DNA of 64,000 nucleotides. Source: Schmidtea nova. Taxonomy: Eukaryota. Below, piece by piece: positions 13,101 through 27,111 of the stretch (the stretch's first letter is position 1; each line of letters begins with the position of its first letter). The notes below the pieces were generated by a model. That model saw nothing but the letters and a program-made list of their open reading frames with translations, was not told where the DNA came from and did no database searches. A program made the position numbers and the translations under genes. The DNA is taken from the NCBI GenBank assembly GCA_044892505.1, contig CM097882.1, forward strand, positions 303,738,001 to 303,802,000, given 5' to 3'.

Positions 13101-16100
13101 TGGGAGCAGCCAAAGGAGAGAAAATGACAGATCTAATAGCGAAAGAATGGTTCATTGAAACGTTTACAGCAAAGAAAACAATTAAGAACAAAATCGTGGA
13201 ACTTGCCCAATTACATCAAGAAGGCGATGAGAGATTTCAAGTTTTTGAAATAAGAGTAGGAACGTTAATAAAGAGCGAATTAAACTCGTAAATGTCGAAA
13301 GAACAAATTGTACGGGATATAATTTCAAACAGAGCAAAAGACGATCGGGTAAAAGAGATATTTATGTCAGGAAAATTAACTAGTTTTGAAGAAGCAAGAA
13401 ATATGGCGAAAATTCAAGAAAAATTTGAAATGACAAATGGAAACATTTCTAATATGTGCGCTATACGAATAGAATCCTACGCATCTATTGCAAATAAATG
13501 TAAATCTAACAGGCGTCCGCAAGACAGCACGACAGAGAAACCGATATACATTCACGAAGAACGACGAGAACTAAGGTATAGATCAGCAAGACCCAAAAAT
13601 AATCAATACGTACCAATAATAGAGGAGTGAAAAACTGAGAACGAACGGTATTTTACAGGACGAAATAGTTTTTCAGAAACAGAAAGGAAGATTCCAACAG
13701 TATCACTGAAAGATATCGCCAGAAGAATATTTAACGACAGTAGGTCGAGAACGACACCAACACCAGAGAAATTAGCTCCTGGTCAGTGTTTCTGCTATGG
13801 AGAAAAAGAACATTGACGTTTTAAATGTCCAATGAAAGATAAATGTCTCATTTATTGTAAGGAAGGCCATCGATTCAGAGACTGTTATTTACTGAATAAT
13901 AGAAACAATTACAAGAAAAGAGTAGCATGTATATATGAAGAAAATTTTACAAATAATAACAACGAAGACACCGAGAATGCCTATAGTAATTACGATGAAA
14001 TGATACAAAAAATCAATAGACAAAGCGAAAAACAGAGACGATCCCGTTGCTTTCATTTCGTCAGTGGGATCGGCACAATAAAGAAGAGAGAGAATCGAAA
14101 TGAAGTCAAGAAGCTGAAGATGTACGAGACGAATAATAGAAAAAAGTGGAGTAAAATTATTTTGAATTGAACAGAAATCGATATGTTGTGGGACTCTGGA
14201 GCATCAGTATCAGTGATGAGCAAGAGCAGTTGGACAAAAATAGGAAAACGAAAGCTGACAGTAGATAATATCACATTATGTGGAGTGTTTTCATCTAGTT
14301 CGGAAAGACCACTAGGAGAAATGACGATAGAAGCAGATTGGAATGGCAGGAGGAAAAAATAAGTGTGATTGTAGTTACAGACATACGGTCGAATTTTATT
14401 GACAGCGTAGACACATGGAAAAGTTTGGAATTCTGCTGGTAGAAATCAATAATATCGAAGCATCACTGGTGGGAAAGAAATATCAGAATTCACAACGAGA
14501 AATGAAAGCGCTGGAGAGTTTGTGGAGTTATAAAAACGAAGATTTAGAAATAATTATGCGAAAATTTAGAGAAATTTTTATGGCATCAACTTTTGACTTG
14601 GGATTCACTGAAATGTTAAAACATGAGATGGATATAACAGGAGATCCAGTAAGAATACAGCCCAGAAGACAACCAATGCATCTGTAACAAAAACTAGGCG
14701 AGTTAATCATCAACTTACTGGAAGCAAAGGTCATTAGGAAATGTAAAAGTTCATGGAATGCACCGCTGGTGATAATCGCAAAGAAAGACAATTTAATTAG
14801 AATGTGTGTGGACTACAGAGGATTGAACGCCATTACAAAAAAGTGTCGTTTCCAATGCCAGATATTCGATTCCTTTTGGACTGCCTGGTAGATTCAAAGT
14901 ATTTTATTTCCATTGATCTAGGACATGCCTATTACCATGTCAGGATGGCGGAAGAAATACAAGACGTCATAGATTTTAGTACAAGGCAAGGACAATTTTG
15001 CTTCAACAGATTACCTTTTGGACTGGCAACAGCCCCAGCAACATTCCAGAGGATGATGCACTCTGCTGGAAGGAATATTGTTTAAAGGAGTGGTGGTTTA
15101 CTTAGACGATATATTGATTTATGGGAAAGACAGTAAAGAACATAATTTACGGCTAGAGGAAGTATTCAAAAGGATACAATTAGCAGGGTTGAAGATTAAT
15201 CCTGGTAAATGTGACATTTTTAAAGAAGAACTGACATTTCTGGAACATACTGTTAGTTCCGAGGGGATAAAGACGAATAACAAGAAGATCAAAGAAATTA
15301 AAGAGGCAGAGATACCGACATGCGCTAAACAATTGAGGTGGTTCCTGGGTATGACTACAGTAAAGTTCATAATTACTACAGTAAGTTCATAAAATATTAC
15401 GCAAAGATTGCTGAACCGTTGTACACAGCCACTTCCAGATGAGGGAAAATGATTATTTGTCAGAAGATTGCAATAAAAGTTTTGAATTGCTTTAAACAAA
15501 ATTATGTGAAGCCCAAATCCTGGATTATCCAAGAGTAGAGGACAAATTTATTCTGGACACAGATGCCAGTTTTGGAGCCATCGGATTCGTTCTGTGTCAA
15601 GAAAGAGGAGACCATACAGAGGTGGTTATTGCGTATGGATCAAGGCATTTAACGGCACACAAAAAAGGGTATTGTGTGACAAGGAAGGAATTACTTTCAA
15701 TACACGAATGTCTTATATTTCAGACAATATCTATATGGGAAGGCTTTCGTAGTGCGGGCAGATCACAAAGCAATAGTCTTCATGAGATACACCAAGAAAG
15801 CAATAAACCAACAGTTTCAGACATGGCTATCCAACCTTTCCGGATATGACTTCGACTTGCAATATAGGAAATGAGAAGAACATTGGAATGCAGACGGTAT
15901 CTCAAGGATCAAGGGTATGTTATGTGCTCAATGCCAGACACAACATGAAGACGCGAAAGAGGGAAAACAGAGTGAGACATATTAGTGAGACTATTAAGCA
16001 AACAAGAAGATAACGTAAGACTTCATACACATGTCAAGGGCATTACTGGGAAAAGATAATGAAGGAACTCGGAGCAAGAAGAAATTCCCTTTCAATTTGC

Positions 16101-19100
16101 TGAAGAACACAAAATTCGAAAACGGATTATTCGTGCTTGAGAAAGACGGAAAGGATATCATATTAGTACCATTATACGACACTAATACATTAGTCAACGA
16201 CATATATACAGAAATGTGTCATATTGGAGTGAAGAAATTAACAAGTTACATGAGCGATTTATTTTTTTGGCCGAATATGCAGAGAATAATTCAAAGCTGT
16301 TTAAGATCATGTGAAATATGTTGTAAATCAGAAGTTCCCAACCTTTCTGGTGCTGTGACCCATGATAACATTTGCCAATTTGTGGCGACCCAAACAATAA
16401 AATCAATAGAGTTGCACTTCAGTTTCAGCATTTTTGCAGTCAAATATTATTATTGTTGGGCCCGGTGAATCGCAAAACAATCCTAAAAAGATATAAATTA
16501 AACATAAAAATAACAATAGAATTAAATAAAATAGATTACCAACCATCAATGAAAAACAAGCAATCAGCAAGCACGGAAAACCTGAAAGAAATAGCATAAC
16601 AATACAAATAATAATAATAACATAGAACTTACCGCTAGACCGAGATGAGAGAACTGGTTGATGAGTAACAAACCAACCAAGCGAAAATAAGACCTATCAA
16701 AATGTCATCAGATAAAATAGGTACAATAAACAATAATTACCAGTGATCAATTGAGAACCACCAAAGCCTGAAATAAAAAGAATGATGAATGGTAAAAATA
16801 ACAATAAAATTATCAGAGCGAGAATGACAATTATGAACGGAACAAATGCGGAGGTGGGCCGCTCTACAAAATGTAGAAAATAAATATAAAATAAAAATCA
16901 CTGAAGCATAAATAAAAGAATAAACATCAAACTCACCGGTCTAATAGAGAAAAACACAACAATCAAAACAAATGGATAGAAAATAGACAACCGTGCTAAA
17001 TTCTGATTGGTTGACAGGCAACACAAATTAGTATAAATACTGAAGCGAAATCAGTATGAGGGTCACTTTTTTACCAGTCATTATTTTCACCGAGTGTAAT
17101 TTACCATTACTATCTGACATCTTACGAGTGATTGTGAACGTTTTGAAAATTTGTACATCAGTAGTGAAGTTGAAATAAAGGTATACTTCATTTGAATTTT
17201 TATTATTAATTGAACCCTCATAATATCTAAAATCCATAAGTTTTGTCCCGAAGATCTCGCGATCTGACGGGATACTCGGCCTCTCGGCACAACATATTCT
17301 TATATGAGGTACCGATGCGGCGAGACTATAATGTGTTAAACTGATGCGGAGGGGGAGGGGTGCACATAGCGCATTGTATAAAGGACCTATAGGCGATTGA
17401 AGTCGTGTGGATAATAATATACCATAACTATGCTCGGTGTCAATCTAGATCAGAGGGAGGGACTCTCCATGTTACCGCCGATGTCATAGTAAAAGAAACA
17501 GGCAGTGAGACCAGATAACCCAACGGGTACCCAGTAGGTTCCCTCCAGAATAAACTAGCGGACCCCATCTTCGTAACCATACCCATTGATTAAACCATTC
17601 TGAACCGAATGTACATGATCCAGTGAAATGATAAATTCCAACATACGATAACAATAACCAGTAATGCATAAACGATCACCATAATCAATAAAATGCGTGT
17701 AACGATAAGCCTAAGTAACAATCAGTGTAACGATCAGCCCACGGCGATAGGCCATAGCCAAGACATAGCGTTCGCGTAGTAACACCAACTACTACGTCAA
17801 CATGCGAATAACGATATAAAATTACAACCGATCTAACAACAATATATTGAGAGCAATCAAACTTCTTAAAGGCCGAGGATGTATGAAAATGATCGAGTGA
17901 GTAATGTAAGAGTTGAATATGTTCTCTAAGTATGATGTCCGAATGATGCTTGACTGGGTTGACTGATGAAGGAATGCATGATTGACCGACGATTTCGACT
18001 GATAATTAAACCCTGTACACGTTCATATTTAGAAAATGAAATGCCGAAGAACCCGTCCACGAGGCAACAGGAATCAACAGTGGCAAGCCATGGAATCTAC
18101 ACCTATTCCGAATACCATCAAACGGGCGGCAGAGCGATGCCTCAGAACATGGATGCGCAGACACGTGGATCCCGCAGCCCGAGCGGCCATAACGTCTTTT
18201 CGATGGCGAGTACGCTGGGAAGGCGATCCGAATTGGCTGACACAAGCCGCTAGTCCGACACGAACGAAGCCCCGATGGTTCGTACAATTCGAGGATGAGA
18301 CACAACAACCGAAATGGATAATCAGCGATCCATCCATCAACCCAGAAGCCGAACCACCGGAGAAAGCAAACCATACCTACATGCTCCCGGAAATGTAGCC
18401 ATGGACATTCAATCCAACGGAGACCAAGCGAGACTGTGGGAGGTCTTCGCATGCAACAATCGATTATGCTGGAGCCCCTGCCCCAAAATATACCTACCGA
18501 ACGGAACCGGGCGGGAGGATAGACAATTCGACCAAGACCTCAGGGAATTCACGCAAGAACTATGAACGGAGCTGTTGGAAGTGTGTTGAACATCTGTATT
18601 TTCATCTAAATAAATTGTCTAAATCTCTTGGTTGTATGAATTGGTGTTGTACTGTGTATGTTGAGTTATGCAAGGGTGAATGATGTATGAGAGACGTAAG
18701 AGAGGCACTAAGTAGTGTATACGAGAGTAGGGTAAAGTTAGAAACGGCAAGAACCACAACCAAGTATAGCTTCGGGAAATGTAGGGGAATACCAACCCGT
18801 AACGAACCCCAATCCAAAACTGATAATTTAAACCCCTTTATTTTTTTATATGAATAATACGACCCCTCGTGACTTCAGGAAAGAAGCCAAGGAGTATAAA
18901 GCTCGCGCTAAAGTGTTGGAGAGTCGATTACGCCAATTGTGTGAGGAGTATCAGCGCGTTAAAACCACATGGTTCAACCCTGAACGAGTGAGATCTATCC
19001 TACAGGCAAGATATAGAGCGGAGCGTATCGCCGAGGAGCAATCCAGGGAGACCGCAGCGGTGAGGCTAGAGCTACATAACTACCTAAAAGCCTCTACTCA

Positions 19101-22100
19101 GGAATTCATATCGCAACAATTACGTCCACTCATCCGGGCGAGTACGTTTAATCGCTGGGCCGAAACCATATCTACGACGACAAATACTCAGACCGAGGCA
19201 GAACAAGATACTACGACGCCCACCCCAGCAATATCGACGCCGCTGGAAGGCTCAAAAAGAACGAAGCGCCGAAACCGTCTAGGAGCAAAAAGACGTCGAG
19301 AACGAAGGGCTTACGCAGAGAGACTCGGTATCGAGGTCGACTTACTGAGTGGATTGACTGAACAACAACTATTAGATGTGATCAATCCGTCAATGTTATT
19401 GAACAATTAATAAATGCATATGAAATGAGTTGAATTAATTGGGTTGTCTGTGGAATGATTGAGAAAACAATAATAAAGTCACTCGAACCCATTTCATTTT
19501 ATGCTGCAGGTATCCAGAATCGAGTTATTTGCGAAAAGTTCAAGGAGCGCATAAAGGGACCAAAACAAATCCACGTAAACCTTCTATCGGTAGTGGTGGA
19601 CCCGTGAATAAACAAGGGAATAGTAACCGCGAGGTTGCTCACCTGCCTTGTCATTTCACAACGTTGGCACAGTACCAACATGATGAGTAGTTAGGGATAC
19701 ATCATGGGTGTCAGCGGGGATATATTTTTTTATGTTGGCGAGATCACCCTAACGTATAAAATCCAAACGATCTCAGTTGTCCTTCTAACCAACACACCAG
19801 CATTATAATTATGTTTTGGCTTCTAATTATCTGATTTTATTTTATTTTATACTTTTATATGCATCATATTTTTTTATTACAAATTTTGAATAATATTCAA
19901 ATTTCGAATAATATAATTGAATCATAATAATTTATCAATAAAACAATTTGTTATAAGTATATGTTTTGGCTAATATTTTTAAAAATGAATTTGCAAAGGA
20001 ATAAAATGTTTACATTATTGTAAGTGTGTATTGTGCAATGTACATTATACAATTAAGAGTCTCACACAGAGGCGTAGCTGTGATATTTTGCGCACGCGGA
20101 CGAACTATAAAATTGGCGCCTCAGCCCCCTCTCCGTTTAATCACATTTTTCTATTACATTAAATAAGGAAAACAATTTAAATTTTAATAAAACATTGTAT
20201 TTAAAGAAGCAAATTTATAGAAATTATAGTACATGACCCACTCAGTCACTGTCGTAGACTGGTTTACATAGTCTACAAAAGATTTATTTTCCTTGATTTC
20301 ACTGTTGCAAACTGGTCAATTACGCAAAATCTGTTTTTTCCAATGTTTCTCTTTCGACGCTAAGAAGAGCAAGATCGCTGAGACGATCCTGTCCCATTGA
20401 CGCACACAAATGCGACAAAATAAGTTTCAATTTGCTGAACGATCGTTCACAGCTTGCAATTGAAACTGCTATTGTTAATAAAATTTGTAATGAAATTCGC
20501 AGATTCGGAAATATGTCGTTTCCATAAAACACAATAAAACCAAGAAGATCCAAAGATGTTTCTAGTAGAACTTCATTCAGGTTGATGAGCAGCATTCTGC
20601 AATCTCCGATTTCTGTGAAAAGTTTTCTCGGCTGGCTGCAGTGGTTGGCAGGCAGCATCATCACTGTGGATGGCAGACGTATCAGATGACACGTCTGCTG
20701 AGCCGCTGCAGTGATCTTGTGACCGATTTATTACCCTTGTTTACTTATTATAATGTAACGTTGTAAGCCTCATTTTGGCGCCTTGTACTTTGGCGCCCAG
20801 GGACATATGTACCCACCCCACCCCCTAGCTATGCCTTTGGTCTCACACAATCGAAGCTATTAACTTCAAAGTTGAGGTTTTAATTTATAAAATTTGAAAA
20901 GAAAATAAAGCTGAAGAAAGCAAAAATCTTATTAATTTAATTATAGCTGTTAGAGTTGAAAAACCCAAAAAGCGTCAGTAAGAAGGCTGTGCTTGCTTCT
21001 TTCTTGCCAAATCAGAAATTCTTGGAACAGTCTTTGCAAGACCACAACGCAGATCATCTTCTGCAAAAAGTCTGCTTCTGTATTTAGATTTGATAACCCA
21101 CAATCTTGAGAAGCCTGTTTCACAAAGGTATGTTGTTGGAAAAGAAAGAAGCAGGCGCAAAACGATCTCAGACCAAACAGGATATGACTGCAAACAATTG
21201 ATCCAGAATTTGGTAATTGACATTGAAGAGAAATCATTTTTTGCTGCATCACTGGTAATCAGTTCAATGAACTCCTCTTGTGCATTCTCGGGAACATCTT
21301 CAACTCTGATGGTGAATGGACTTCTAGCAAGTGCAAATGGTGTATCAGGTAAATTCGGAAAATATCTTGAGATTTCTCCTTCAAGAATTTCAAAGTGTTC
21401 TTTGACAGAAAGTATTGTGCTATTCATTTTTTCCTGTTCAATGTCATTTTCCTCAAAAAAAGCAGATAAGTTCGACAACATGTAAATGCTATTTTCATCC
21501 AATTTTGTTTGCCAAAGTTGAAGTTTCAATTGGAATTCTCGGATCTTTTCTGACAAATCTAGGCATGTTTCATTTGGTCCTTGGAGGGATGAATTTTATT
21601 CGTTTAAGAGTGCAAAGATGTCAACCAAATAAGCAATTTCGTGAAGTTGGTTTTATTCGTCAAAAAGTGCTTCAAAGTGTGGTGTAGATTTTTGATAAAT
21701 AAACGTTTATAATTCATCACGAAGATCAAAAACACGTTTTAAAACTTTGCTTCTTGACAATCATCTCACATTAGTGTGAAATAACAGAACATTATTGCAT
21801 AAATCCAACTCACTGCAAAGTTTTGAAAACAGGCGGCTGTTTAAAGCACTAGCTTTTTTTTCTTAAAATACTGGACATCCTTGCCTGCATAGTTAGGATA
21901 TTTAGTATCAAAATGGCGTTTCAGTTTGTTGGGCTTCATGGATTCGGCTGACATAATTTCGTTGCAAATAACGCATTGTGACTTTTCAATTCCTGTTGCA
22001 ACTGTGAAAGTAAAGCCATACTTTAAAAATTCATCACTATATTTTCTTTTCCTAACACTTGTATCTCGCTTATTCATTCTCAAGGGCATGCAAATTTCAT

Positions 22101-23795
22101 CAATATAAAATTTTATAATAAAATTTTTAGTTTAGTTGACTTTTATAATTAGAGAATATGAAGCACGTGCATGAATAATTTTAATAATAGCTGAAAACAA
22201 TGTTTTGTCGCAAACAGAATATGATTTCATTTTACTTTACTAAGTACGTAGGTAATTTCGTAGAGTTGAAGTTGCAAGAATTTAAATGGCTAAAATTATT
22301 AAATTATATAGGCTCCTGACATCTGTCGAATGAATCATAGTATTGTACGTCGCTTCAGTGTTGTGACTGTAATGCCAGTGTAGTCAGAGTAGGTCAGGAG
22401 AAGTATCGCTTAAATTTAAAATGATAGTAAGGAACCACTGACTCTCGTAAAAATTATTTTTCAGAAGGTCTCAGGCGACCCCCCCCCAAACTATCACGAA
22501 CCTCTGTTGTAAATGGAAGATAATATAAGAGAAAACAAAGGAACGACTGATACCTATAATAAGTTCAGATTTCTTGGAACAATTGGTTGTAGTTATAGCC
22601 CGCATGAAACCTCAAAAAAGTTACAGATATTTATTAGTTATTATTGACCGTTTTAGAAAGATGGTTAGTCTAGCTGCACTGGAAAGACAAGATGAGAAAT
22701 CGTTGTTCAAAGCCATATTAGAGAAGTGGATATATAGATTCGGTAAACCACGAAGTCTTTTATCAGACAAAGGTAAGAATTTCGACAGCATCTTTGTGAA
22801 GACACACCTAGGAAAGTTAGGCATCGAACAACACATGAGCTCACCATACCAACAGCAATCGAATGGGCTGGTGGAAAAGACTATACGAACAGAGACTTAT
22901 TAACAACTTCTACATTCAGTGGATTAAGGGAGAGAAATTTGGTAGATTTATTCAACGTATAGAATTTTGTATCAATGCGACAACACAGAGTATAACAGGA
23001 TTCTCACCATTCGAAATTGTTTTCTGGAGGAAAATTAATCTACATTCAACACTACCACAGTCAAATTTGAACGCAACCGAAATACGCAAGCAGGTTCTAG
23101 CAAACAGTGAAAGGATAGCAAAACGAATGAAAGAAATAGACACAGATAGAAGGACGCATAGAACTTTTGAGGTAGGGGAGAAAGTATTGGTTCGGAAAGA
23201 ACCACAAAATCGGTACAAAGATGGCCTAAAGTACGACGGGCCGTTCGTAATATCAAGATTTTTGGAGCAGATCGATGGAGATTCAAAGAAACTTCGTAGG
23301 ATCGAATGGCTGAAGAGATGGGCAGATTCTTAAAGGAAGGGGGAGTTATATAAATTGCTGTTTAAATATTCAAAAAAGAAAGGTGCGTTTTAAAATAAAT
23401 AATTAATCTTGCCATTTGAATTTTTGATGAATTTAGAATGAGACATAACTATAATAGTTACTCTATAATAGTAATAAAATTGAAACTTATATTTTATATT
23501 ACTGATAAATAGTTGAAATACTTATAATACTGATAATAGCTGAATTAATTTATAATAGTGATAATATTGTTACTTATATTTTATAGTATTTATAACATTT
23601 TATAGTATTTTTAGTATTTTAGTACTGATAATGCTTTATATTAATTAGTTGAATTACTTTATAATAGTTGAAATATTTATATTTTGTAATACTAATTGTA
23701 GTGCCTCCGTCATTTATCTATTATTTATATATTAAAAGTAACTAAAACTTAATTAAATATATTTTTAATTATATAAGATTATAAAAGAAAAATAA

Positions 23796-23861
<66 letters not shown>

Positions 23862-23986
23862 CATAATTATCTTTTTTCACCTTTGATCTTTTTTTATTAT
23901 TATTATCAATAATTCTCATAATGACTATAGATCAAATTTTTTATAAAAAAAATTTGATCTATAGTCATTATGAGAATTATTGATAA

Positions 23987-24041
<55 letters not shown>

Positions 24042-27034
24042 AGTTGTTGTTGTTTATAAAAGCAGTTTTGTTTTAAAGAGGAGTTTTGTGATAAGAAAAG
24101 AATATTAAAACAGATTTAGTTCAAAAAGCAAGTTTAAAGAAAGAAGCACTAAAAAGCAATTTTGTTTGAAGCACTAAAAAAGCAATTTTGTTACAAGCAC
24201 TATCAAGACCTCACTTCGCATTCTCGCATCTTCCTCTGGATGGACCAAATCCCCAAGTTTAAAAGAAGAAGAGCAGTTTTAAATCCTACGAGTTTACAAA
24301 TAAACAACAAATGAATATTTTAATCAAATATGTTTTATGTATTGGTTTATTAATTTTTCATTCAGTTACATTCACTAAACTGATAATTTTTTCAGCTAAA
24401 ATGTGTAGCTCAGATAGATAGCTTACTATCTATCTGAGCTTGTATCAAATTTGTTTTCGCGTCTGTATGCGCATTTGTTCTTTTTTGTGTAATTCTTACG
24501 TCTGTGTGCGCTGCGAATTTGTAAAAATTGGTCTCGCGTTTGTGTGCGCGATTTTATTTCCAGCTTTCATTTGGAATCATTGGAATTAATTCCTAAAGTG
24601 ATTTTAAATTCTTGGATTTATGAATTGATTCCTCAGTTGTTTTGTCGAATCATTTTGGATTTGAATATTTTGAGTTTGGTTTTGAATTTTGCTGTGTGTA
24701 TGGTTTTTAGCATTTTTTAAAAAGATCTAATTTGAAAAAGTGTGATTAAAAAATAATAAAATTTCCAAGTATTTGTATTTTGGAATTTATTCGATAAAAA
24801 TGGTTAATTTTAAAGAACCTTCTGAAGATTAAACCAAAGTCAAAGGTTTTTGTGATTGTTTCTTAATATTTTATCTGAAACCAGTCATACCAAATGAATC
24901 TATAATCAAACAATATTGTGATCTAATATTTGTTGGATCGAATAATGACTCTATTCATGCTAATCAGAAATCTTTGGAGTTTCCCGAAGTATCTGTCAAT
25001 GCAGAGGTTGTTTCAATTGATTCATTTATTGATGTCGAAGCAGATATTGTTTCTATTGTATTATGCCGTTTAAAGAAAGAAAACAAACCTAAGTCTATGA
25101 TTCACATATATGATGTTCCATCAAAATCAGAAAGCCCTGCGGAAATGATGGACAAATCTAAACCCAATCTTGTATTCAAAAGGAAAACCGAATTGACCGC
25201 GAACAATAATAGTTGAAATACTTCTATTTTATATTACTGATAAAAGTTGAATTACTTTATATCACTGATAAAAGTTGAATTACTTTATAATAATCAGAAT
25301 AGTTTTTTTAATACTTATAATAGCTGAATTAATTCATGATACTTAAATTTCATAATACTTTAATAATAGTGGTAATATTTGTATGTTAACCTTTAATATA
25401 GTACGTAATAGTTTTTTAAAAATCATTACGTAATATCTTTAAGGTAAATAGAATAATTTACCTTAAAATAGAAAGCGAATATATATTAGAAGGGACCTGC
25501 AAATTTAAGAGTACTATTACCTTCTATCGGTGGTGCAAAGCAATTAAAAAAATTAATAAAAATATAAATTACAGTATAACATTAGAAAATGAGAACAAAA
25601 ATTAATATTTTCGGAAGAAAATGTATGTATTAGTAAATGAAAAGATTAGTACAAATATAATAATTTAAAATCGACGGAGCACCTTTAGGCAATTATTTAA
25701 AAATATAAATTGATGACATTGATCATTAACATTAAGGCAGTCATGCTTGTCAAGCTTATCCTTTAAGTGCGGGATTAAATTTCATAAAAAGTTAGGAAAT
25801 GTATCAATCATCCGTCAAAAAAAGTTAAAGATATAATTGTGATTTTCATTAGGCATTCTATTCAATAGTATTCGGGTGTATCTGCACTTGAGAGCCGCGT
25901 ATTTTGTAGAGCGTGGGATAAATCTGCATCTCGCACTTGAGAGCTGTACACGGTGATTCGGATTTATCCGAATTTCGCATCTAAAGGGTTAAGCAAAAAA
26001 AAATGATTTAGCGAAGATTTTAATAGCTTGGTAAGGAGATTTCGGAGGCAAATTAAATTAAATTGTTTATCTTTCAAATAATTTAGGTGAAGGAACCATA
26101 TATAACAAAAGAGAAACTACACTCATAATTCTCATAAGAATTATGTTAAAGAATATTGATTTAGTGCTAAGTTTGCTATACAAAGTTAAAGACAGGGATA
26201 TTGTTGCTCGATTATGGTACCATAACAGTGGAGGGTTTTTGACCGTTAATATGACCTTGACGTTGCTATGGCTCATATCAACAACTCAACATACAAAACA
26301 TTAGATTAACCATCTTGTTGCCCGTCGCAATGTAACGTTGGTAATGCAACAAATGGATGGGTATTCGCAATCAGTGAGCGTCGAAAAATTCGAAACTATG
26401 ATTGACCGAATATTTTCTGGGTCCGAGGGCTACCGATAGAATGTTTAATGCCCATTTTGTCCCTTCTTCAACCATTTATCCACAAACATTCAATACTGTG
26501 GTGGGGGGTTTTATTTTGTCCGGCGGGCATGTCGGATGGTCGCAAGATGAAGAATTCAGTAATACTGTCCGCAACATCTCTATAAATGTCTACTCGTCTT
26601 TCTTGCGCTGAATTTCTCAAATTTTCTCAAATTTCTCAAAATCATGATTTGATCGTTTCCAGTATATCAAAATAAAACTAAAAAAAGAATTAATACTATT
26701 GGAAATAAAAAACTTAATTAAAGACAATGATTATTAAAAAAAACATTTATTTTGCTTGACTTATGATTTTTTCTAAAAAGGGTTTTTTGTTTGTATAATG
26801 CAAATTGGAAAATTGTAATTTAGATTTAAAAATTATAATTTGTTAATTGTCGTTCGACTTTTTAAAAAACTTAAATTTGTTAAACTTGGTTCGGTGCTTT
26901 TGTTCAAATAAATATGGAGTCCCAGATCCTCAAATTCAATTAAATAGGAAAACAAATAGAAATGATCCAAATTATATTGAATTAAGAACCACGAAATTAA
27001 GAACCATTGGAATTTCAAAACAAAAAATCTACAT

Positions 27035-27111
<77 letters not shown>

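Larger units (their letters stand above)
16454..19802 (+). mobile_element. element C: 3349-bp ORF-bearing LTR-like unit
   Basis: TGTTGGGCCCGG start, CCAGCA end, TSD TTAT at 16450-16453 and 19803-19806. Confidence 0.92.
16329..22506 (-). mobile_element. hAT (Buster/Charlie-like) internally deleted transposon inserted in the Gypsy integrase
   Basis: 8-bp TSD TTGTAAAT on both sides; termini cagaagttc/gaacctctg; pieces [22 protein letters not shown] (21841-22089) and [12 protein letters not shown]-like C-terminus (20975-21556); central catalytic part missing. Confidence 0.9.
12759..23450 (+). mobile_element. decayed full-length Ty3/Gypsy retrotransposon with ~105-bp LTRs, interrupted by a hAT
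   Basis: LTRs 12759-12862 and 23344-23450 (AGTTAT..ATAACT); TGG after 5' LTR; PPT aaaggaagggg; gag, DSGA protease (14192), YLDD RT (15099), RNase H (FILDTDAS), integrase 16200-16328 plus 22515-23333; flanks atgat/ataat. Confidence 0.92.
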
